NCBI GenBank assembly: GCA_022866015.1
Contig: JALHTX010000140.1
Coordinates: 1-32,124 of the forward strand
From: Thermoplasmatota archaeon
GTDB taxonomy: Archaea > Thermoplasmatota > E2 > DHVEG-1
Direction of reading: 5' to 3'
Length of the DNA: 32,124 nucleotides
The stretch's first letter is position 1. Every line of letters starts with the position of its first letter. The notes under the pieces are model-generated. The model had not been told where the DNA came from. It did no database searches and saw only the letters and a list, made by a program, of their open reading frames with translations. Of the stretch, positions 26,617-32,124 are shown piece after piece. The translations under genes were made by a program, and so were the position numbers.

Positions 26617-26982
26617 ATGACGAATAAAAACATTAAAACAAATCCTGCATTAAATTCATTAATTCATGAGCTAAAAAAACAAGCTAGTGAAAAAGATGCA
26701 ACTATTTGGAAAGATTTAGCCTTAAGACTAGAGAAATCCTCAAAAAATTGGGCTGAAGTAAACCTTAATAGGATAAGTAAATACATAAATGATAAAGAAA
26801 CTGCGCTAGTTCCGGGTAAAGTCTTATCTACAGGGGATCTTACCAAAAAGGTTTCAATTGCGGCTTGGTCATTTTCTGAAAAAGCAACAGAAAAAATTAA
26901 AAAAGCAGGCGGTAAAACAATGACGATTCAAGAACTTATGAAATCAAACCCAGATGGGAAAAATATTAGAATATTGGGATGA
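26617..26982 (+). CDS. rpl18e: Ribosomal protein L18e
   Basis: NPALNSLIHELKK...IWKDLALRL...VNLNRISKY...ALVPGKVL, and operon position before rpl13. Confidence 0.9.
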   Translation: MTNKNIKTNPALNSLIHELKKQASEKDATIWKDLALRLEKSSKNWAEVNLNRISKYINDKETALVPGKVLSTGDLTKKVSIAAWSFSEKATEKIKKAGGKTMTIQELMKSNPDGKNIRILG

Positions 26983-26988
26983 AGAAAT

Positions 26989-27402
26989 ATGGTAGCAATA
27001 ATTGATGCGACAGGCGCAATACTTGGAAGATTAGGCACAAATGCTGCAAAAAGACTTCTAAAAGGAGAAGAAATTGCAGTTATAAATAGTGAAAAAGCAA
27101 TTATATCTGGTAAAAAAGCTTCAATTAAAAATATTTACAAACAAAAAAGAGAAGTTGGAACCTATAGAAAAGGACCTTTTTTCCCAAGAACGCCTGATAA
27201 GATTGTTAAAAGAACAATTCGAGGTATGATTCCTTATCAAACATCCCACGGTCGTCAAGCTTTTAAACGCCTTAAATGCTATACCGGTATTCCAAGGGAG
27301 TTTGAAGGACAAAAATTTGAAAAAATTACCGAAGCTGTTAAGCAACCAGTTGATTTTATGACAGTTGAAGAACTTTCAAGATTTTTAGGAGCAAAGATTT
27401 AA
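26989..27402 (+). CDS. rpl13: Ribosomal protein L13
   Basis: [39 protein letters not shown]. Confidence 0.9.
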   Translation: MVAIIDATGAILGRLGTNAAKRLLKGEEIAVINSEKAIISGKKASIKNIYKQKREVGTYRKGPFFPRTPDKIVKRTIRGMIPYQTSHGRQAFKRLKCYTGIPREFEGQKFEKITEAVKQPVDFMTVEELSRFLGAKI

Positions 27403-27403
27403 T

Positions 27404-27808
27404 ATGGTAAAAAAAGTAGTAAATACATCAGGTAAAAGAAAAACTGCAGTTGCTCGTGCAGCGGTTCAGAAGGGAACAGGTCTTGTAAGAATAAATAAGA
27501 TACCTGTTGAACTTTATGAGCCTGAGATTGCTCGTTGGAAAGTAATGGAGGCTCTTAAAATCGCAGAAAGTCATTTGGATAAAATAAACATAGATGTAAC
27601 TGTTAATGGTGGCGGCTTCATGGGTCAAGCAAGTGCTGTAAGAACAGCTATTGCAAAAGGAATTGTTGAGTTTACTGGTGACCCAAATTTAAAGATTGCA
27701 TATCTTGATCATGATAGAAGTCTTCTTGTTAGTGATTCAAGAAGAAAAGAACCGAAAAAACAATTGGGTCGTGGTGCCCGTAAAAAAAGACAGAAATCAT
27801 ATAGGTGA
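27404..27808 (+). CDS. rps9: Ribosomal protein S9
   Basis: [21 protein letters not shown]-terminal RKKRQKSYR. Confidence 0.9.
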   Translation: MVKKVVNTSGKRKTAVARAAVQKGTGLVRINKIPVELYEPEIARWKVMEALKIAESHLDKINIDVTVNGGGFMGQASAVRTAIAKGIVEFTGDPNLKIAYLDHDRSLLVSDSRRKEPKKQLGRGARKKRQKSYR

Positions 27809-27815
27809 AGATTTT

Positions 27816-28040
27816 ATGATTATACCAGTAAGATGTTTTACATGTGGAAAAATAATTGGAGATGCATTTGAAGAATACACCAAGCGTTATGAGATCTACA
27901 AAAAAGCATTTGACGCTGGTGAGAACCCAAAAGAAACACCTAAACAAATACTTGACGAACTAGGTATCGATAGATACTGCTGCAGACGTATGATTCTTAC
28001 ACATGTAGAGCTCATCGGTGAATCAGCACCTTTTGAATAA
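27816..28040 (+). CDS. rpoN: DNA-directed RNA polymerase subunit N (Rpb10 homologue)
   Basis: [12 protein letters not shown]...[15 protein letters not shown] 27816 was chosen because the track start 27696 lies inside rps9. Confidence 0.9.
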   Translation: MIIPVRCFTCGKIIGDAFEEYTKRYEIYKKAFDAGENPKETPKQILDELGIDRYCCRRMILTHVELIGESAPFE

Positions 28041-28130
28041 AAAAATATTTTAGATTTTTTAAATCCAAATTTTTATCTATTTTTATAATATACCCATCAT
28101 AGTCAATGTGTAGTCTAAAAAGATTTTCTT

Positions 28131-28205
28131 GGGCGTGTGGCCTAGCCTGGATAAGGCACCGGCCTTCTAAGTCGGTAATCGCGGGTTCGAATCCCGCCAC
28201 GTCCG
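28131..28205 (+). tRNA. tRNA-Arg (anticodon TCT)
   Basis: Hand fold. Acceptor GGGCGTG/CACGTCC; D-arm GCCT-AGCCTGGATA-AGGC; anticodon stem CCGGC/GTCGG; loop CTTCTAA; T-arm GCGGG-TTCGAAT-CCCGC. Confidence 0.85.
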
Positions 28206-28403
28206 CTCTTTTTACAATTAACAATTAATTAATATAGTAAATACTGCATTATATTATTTAATTATTTAAAGTATATTTAGTTATGGTTTAGGGATGCGAG
28301 ATGGGATGTAAAAAGTTTATTGAATTAAATTATAAAAATAAATATTCTAGAGTATACCTAAGAAATTTAATATATTTTTATTGTTTTTTGTAAGGTTTTA
28401 TAA

Positions 28404-30410
28404 ATGAAAGATGAACCAGCAATTGTAAAAGAGTTAAGACAAGCTGAGGAACTCGGCCTTCTTAAATCTGATTTACAGGGAAATTTAAGTATAAGAGATA
28501 ATAATATTATTGGTACAATAGATATTAATCGCGATATAACCAAGATTAAAAAATCAGATGAAAAATATAAACATTTATTTGATAATGCAATGGATCCTAT
28601 AGTAATCATAGATAAAAAAGGTAAATTTGTTGATGTTAACGAACAGGTAATAAAACTTTTTGAATATGATAAAAAGGAATTAATCGGTAAAGATTTTACT
28701 AAAATAAATATTTTAACACAAGCGAGTATCAAAAAAGCTCAAGATAATTTTTTAAAGAGAATGAAAGGTGAAAATGTACCACCTTATGAAATTGAAGTTA
28801 TTACAAAAAATGGTAAAATAATTCCTACTGAGTTGAACGCCAGTATAATTTATGAATGTAACGAAGTAAATGGAGATTTAATAATATTAAGAGATCTTAG
28901 AGAAAGATATAAAAGTAAAAAAATTGAAAAAGAGTTAAATACGTATGAACAAAAATTTAGAGATATTTTCGAAGGGACAAGTGATCTGCTGTTATATATT
29001 GAAAAAGGAATAATTCTAGACGTAAATAACGCATTAATCAATATGCTTAATATTAAAAAACAAGATGTTGTAGGGAAAAAAATTTCTATTCTTAAAAATT
29101 TTTTCTCTCAAGAAGATATAGAAAAACATACTAATGCAATTGAGTTAGCAGCAACTGGTAGCTATGTTACAGATTATGAAACTGAATTAACAACCAATAA
29201 AGGAGTCAGATACGAGTTTTTATTCTCAGTAGATTGTATTTATAACGACGAGAATATAAAAGGAATACTGTTACGGGGTAAGGATATAACACAACGCCAT
29301 CATGAATGGAAAGAACTTATAAAACTCGAGGAGAAATATAGAGTTCTTGCAGAAACATCTGCTGATGGAGTTATAACAATTGATCCTCTTGGAAGACTAA
29401 CATATGTAAATCCTTCTTTTGAAAAGATGCTAGATAAACATAAAAGTCAGATTCTTGCGACACTACTGCGTAATTATCTATCTGAGGATTCTGTTTACCT
29501 ATTCCAACAAATATTTATAGATGCACGCAAAGAAGATAAAAAAATTGAAAACGTAGAATTAGAACTAGTACATACAAACGGTCAAAAAGTACCAATAGAA
29601 GTAAATATTGCATCATTTAAAAAAGATGGCGAATTTGCAGGAATGGTTCTTACAATACGTGATATAACAGAACGCAGAAAAATAGAAGATGAACTTAAAA
29701 AATCAGATAAGCTTAAAACAGAGTTTATGAACATTGCAGCACATGAACTTAAATCACCTGTGACACCAATAAAAGGATACCTTGACCTGATAATATCAGA
29801 TAAAGACACTAATGAAAAAATAAAAAACTGGGCTAAAATAAGTCTGAGAAACTCTGAAAGATTATTAAAATTAGTAAATGATATACTTGATGTATCAAGA
29901 CTTGACACAGATACGATGCGTTTTGATATGGAGAAAATATCAGTAGTAGACATATTAGATGAAGTAGCAGAGGATATGAAACCTGCAGTTGAAGGAAAAG
30001 TACTAAAATTAATAACAGATATACCCCGAGATCTGCCCGATATAACAGGGGATAAATGTAGACTTGCACAAGTACTTAAAAATTTATTAGTAAACGCTTT
30101 AAAATTTACAGATAATGGTTCAATAAGTATAATTGCAAAACAGAAAAAAGATCATATTTTGATATCTGTAACAGATTCTGGCATAGGAATATCTAACGAC
30201 GAACTTAAAAAAATATTTAATAAGTTTTATCAAGTATATACAGGTGATAATAGGAAAAATGAAGGAACAGGTTTAGGTCTTTTTATATGCCGTAATATAA
30301 TTCAAAAACATAACGGTAAAATATGGGCAGAAAGCCAAGTAGGCAAAGGAAGTACATTCTATATAGAAATTCCATATCTACATAAAATGAAAGTAAATTT
30401 AAAAAAATAA
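28404..30410 (+). CDS. Multi-PAS sensor histidine kinase (HisKA + HATPase_c), cytoplasmic, no adjacent response regulator
   Basis: Repeated PAS-like blocks; H-box MNIAAHELKSPVTPI; N-box LLVNALKFT; DSGIGI; GTGLGLFICRNII. Confidence 0.9.
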   Translation: MKDEPAIVKELRQAEELGLLKSDLQGNLSIRDNNIIGTIDINRDITKIKKSDEKYKHLFDNAMDPIVIIDKKGKFVDVNEQVIKLFEYDKKELIGKDFTKINILTQASIKKAQDNFLKRMKGENVPPYEIEVITKNGKIIPTELNASIIYECNEVNGDLIILRDLRERYKSKKIEKELNTYEQKFRDIFEGTSDLLLYIEKGIILDVNNALINMLNIKKQDVVGKKISILKNFFSQEDIEKHTNAIELAATGSYVTDYETELTTNKGVRYEFLFSVDCIYNDENIKGILLRGKDITQRHHEWKELIKLEEKYRVLAETSADGVITIDPLGRLTYVNPSFEKMLDKHKSQILATLLRNYLSEDSVYLFQQIFIDARKEDKKIENVELELVHTNGQKVPIEVNIASFKKDGEFAGMVLTIRDITERRKIEDELKKSDKLKTEFMNIAAHELKSPVTPIKGYLDLIISDKDTNEKIKNWAKISLRNSERLLKLVNDILDVSRLDTDTMRFDMEKISVVDILDEVAEDMKPAVEGKVLKLITDIPRDLPDITGDKCRLAQVLKNLLVNALKFTDNGSISIIAKQKKDHILISVTDSGIGISNDELKKIFNKFYQVYTGDNRKNEGTGLGLFICRNIIQKHNGKIWAESQVGKGSTFYIEIPYLHKMKVNLKK

Positions 30411-30430
30411 AGTAATTGTTGGTGATATAA

Positions 30431-30769
30431 ATTAGGAAAAAATGTCCTGAGTGCAGTTCTAAAGCAGTAAAACTATACCTAAATAAAAGTTTCGAAGGAA
30501 AAAGAGCATGGATTCCAACAGCCTGGACTTGCACAGAATGTGGATACACATACAATGTTGCTGCAGAAACCCTGATGTATAAAATTGGAAATGAGGCATA
30601 TGATGAAAAATATCATGAAAAATGCCCAAAATGCAGCTTAAACCTTGTTAGATTATATCGGCATATAAATCCAAAACATGGTAAACAAAAATGGGTTTCA
30701 ATTGGATGGTACTGCACTCGTTGTAAATATGTATGGATGGATAAAAAAACAAAAGAAGAATCAAAATAA
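30431..30769 (+). CDS. Tandem double zinc-ribbon protein. Only the second ribbon (from ATG 30575) has a canonical start.
   Basis: The frame is open from 30431: IRKKCPECSSKAVKLYLNKSFEGKRAWIPTAWTCTECGYTY...MYKIGNEAYDEKYHEKCPKCSLNLVRLYRHINPKHGKQKWVSIGWYCTRCKYVW. Confidence 0.4.
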   Translation: MRKKCPECSSKAVKLYLNKSFEGKRAWIPTAWTCTECGYTYNVAAETLMYKIGNEAYDEKYHEKCPKCSLNLVRLYRHINPKHGKQKWVSIGWYCTRCKYVWMDKKTKEESK

Positions 30770-30979
30770 AAAATATTGCAGTTCAATCAGGATTACTTCG
30801 TCTAATGCTTTTTTTAAACTCAGCAACAAAAAAATGACTTTTAAAATTTTTTTAATTATTATAAAACTACTTAATTAACTTTATGTTTATAACATAAAAA
30901 AATAGCATAGGTTTTTCCGAAAACCATTAAATATAAGTATTTGTTTAGGGCAAGCTATAACCTAAGAGGAAAAAGTATT

Positions 30980-31078
30980 ATGAAGCGTAGTTCAAGAGTC
31001 TGGAAGAAAAAGGGTAAAATGCGATGGAAATGGCGAAAGAAACGAATGAGACGTGAAAAAAGAGCAAGAAGGAAATAA
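30980..31078 (+). CDS. rpl41e: Ribosomal protein L41e-like, 32 aa
   Basis: Hand translation: MKRSSRVWKKKGKMRWKWRKKRMRREKRARRK. Matches my recollection of the archaeal L41e pattern RSSR.WKKKG.MRWKW.KKR.RR.KR. AGAGGA SD upstream. Confidence 0.65.
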   Translation: MKRSSRVWKKKGKMRWKWRKKRMRREKRARRK

Positions 31079-31092
31079 CGATAAATATTTAC

Positions 31093-31231
31093 GGGGGTAT
31101 GGTGTAACCCGGCATCATTGTGGGCTCCAGTTAGGAATGATTAAAAGAGGGTCATCTGAAAGGTGATGAGTAACTGGAGCGATGACCTAAGAAGAGACCC
31201 GCCGATCTGGGTTCAAATCCCAGTACCCCCA
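31093..31231 (+). tRNA. tRNA-Trp (anticodon CCA) with a 66-nt intron at the canonical 37/38 position
   Basis: Acceptor GGGGGTA/TACCCCC; D-arm; anticodon stem GTGGG (31120-31124) / CCCGC (31198-31202); loop CTCCAG|intron|A; T-arm CTGGG-TTCAAAT-CCCAG; discriminator A. Confidence 0.85.
31131..31196 (+). ncRNA. tRNA-Trp intron containing a box C/D guide RNA module
   Basis: C AUGAUUA 31137-31143; 12-nt spacer; D' CUGA 31156-31159; 3-nt spacer; C' GUGAUGA 31163-31169; 12-nt spacer; D AUGA 31182-31185. Both spacers are complementary to the tRNA itself. Confidence 0.7.
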
Positions 31232-31262
31232 TCACTTAAAAAAATAAAAATGGTGAAAAAAA

Positions 31263-31466
31263 ATGATGAAAATTAATATTAAAAACTTCAATTTTTATAC
31301 AATACTATCACTTTTGTTTTTAATAGCGGGAATAGGAATCTGGTTAATCTGGATAATAAGATATGGTGTAGTATATGATATAGGAATATACTCTCTAGCA
31401 ATAGTATTTATTATACCAGGTATAGTCGGTTTTATCCTATCGCTCATGGATAAAAAAGAAGATTAA
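31263..31466 (+). CDS. Small two-TM membrane protein
   Basis: ORF track. Two hydrophobic helices. Confidence 0.4.
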   Translation: MMKINIKNFNFYTILSLLFLIAGIGIWLIWIIRYGVVYDIGIYSLAIVFIIPGIVGFILSLMDKKED

Positions 31467-32124
31467 ATCATCTTCCAAGTTAGTATTTGATTCTTTGTTG
31501 CACTTACTTCATCTAAACGTTTGGTAGGAGTATTAACAGGAGAATTTTTAACAATATCTGGTTTTTCATCTGCAATTTTTATAAGTGTTTCAATGTATTT
31601 ATCAAGGTCTTTTTTTGATTCAGATTCAGTAGGCTCGATCATAAGTGCTTCTTTTACGATAAGCGGAAAATAAACTGTTGGCGGATGCAGACCGTTGTCT
31701 AATAGTCGTTTTGCAACATCCATTGCACGAATATCTTTTTCTTGTTTTAGTTTTTCACAGCTTAGAACAAACTCGTGTTTTCTCAAGTTTTTAAATGGCA
31801 TTTCGTATTTACCACTATCTAGTATCTTTTTCTTCATATAATTAGAGTTTAGGACAGATATTTCTGATGCCTGGCAAAGACCATTTCCACCCATCATAAG
31901 TATATAAATATAGGCTTTCAAAAGTACCGAGAAATTACCATAGAAACCTTTTATTTTTCCAATAGAATCAGGTGCATCATAATCAAAGATATAGTCTCCA
32001 TAATATGCAAAATTGTTGTCATGACAACAGGAATCTTTATCATTCTTAGAGTGTCGAGTACAAGTGACTCCTAACACATCAACAGATTTCAAAATGCCAT
32101 TGGGATCATTGAAATCTCCCATCA
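31463..32124 (-). CDS. gcvPB: Glycine dehydrogenase (decarboxylating) subunit 2, C-terminal part. The N-terminus lies off-window to the right.
   Basis: GNGLCQASEISVLNSNYM, HEFVLS, DVAKRLLDNGLHPPTVYFPLIVKEALMIEPTESE. The frame stays open to the window edge upstream of the track ATG 32122. Confidence 0.9.
   Translation of the reverse strand, partial: MGDFNDPNGILKSVDVLGVTCTRHSKNDKDSCCHDNNFAYYGDYIFDYDAPDSIGKIKGFYGNFSVLLKAYIYILMMGGNGLCQASEISVLNSNYMKKKILDSGKYEMPFKNLRKHEFVLSCEKLKQEKDIRAMDVAKRLLDNGLHPPTVYFPLIVKEALMIEPTESESKKDLDKYIETLIKIADEKPDIVKNSPVNTPTKRLDEVSATKNQILTWKMI

Noticed and set aside
28012-28224. 70-aa minus-strand ORF
   Set aside because: It is the antisense of the well-folding tRNA-Arg (28131-28205) and of the rpoN 3' end. 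Spurious.

Overview
AT-rich archaeal chromosomal window with Shine-Dalgarno-led genes, archaeal-type tRNAs and r-proteins L37Ae, L40e, L41e and L18e. Most of it is housekeeping. Core genes in order: queE; the conserved superoperon psmA-SBDS-rrp4-rrp41-rrp42-rpl37ae-rpoP-pcc1; purA; an M50 site-2 protease; a SpoU/TrmJ-like methyltransferase; proS; rpl40e; five consecutive membrane/zinc-ribbon proteins; tpiA; transaldolase; rpl18e-rpl13-rps9-rpoN-tRNA-Arg; a multi-PAS histidine kinase; rpl41e; an intron-containing tRNA-Trp; and the 3' part of gcvPB. There are two accessory regions. (i) 1-2647 is the end of an integrated plasmid/provirus-like element. It carries a PrimPol + Zn-motif + D5-like replicase (absent from the ORF track because its stop lies off-window), a translationally coupled 70-aa ORF, and a tyrosine recombinase. 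The recombinase frame stays open, with no start codon, into the antisense of tRNA-Pro(CGG), which is the pattern of an SSV-type partitioned integrase. (ii) About 20.4-25.7 kb is a variable island with no integrase. It holds a transglutaminase-like gene bracketed by tRNA-3'-end-like direct repeats, a visibly GC-richer foreign ORF, and a minus-strand array of sub-60-aa genes hidden from the track: three ribbon-helix-helix paralogues, each with its own phased operator-like repeats, C2H2 zinc fingers and a zinc ribbon. A plus-strand set of duplicated SD-micro-ORF plus 60-nt conserved-element modules ends in a polypurine K/E-rich ORF. The tRNA-Trp intron encodes a complete box C/D guide aimed at positions 34 and 39. 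No CRISPR array, rRNA or recognised defence system was found. All calls come from hand translation and motif recognition only, with no database search.
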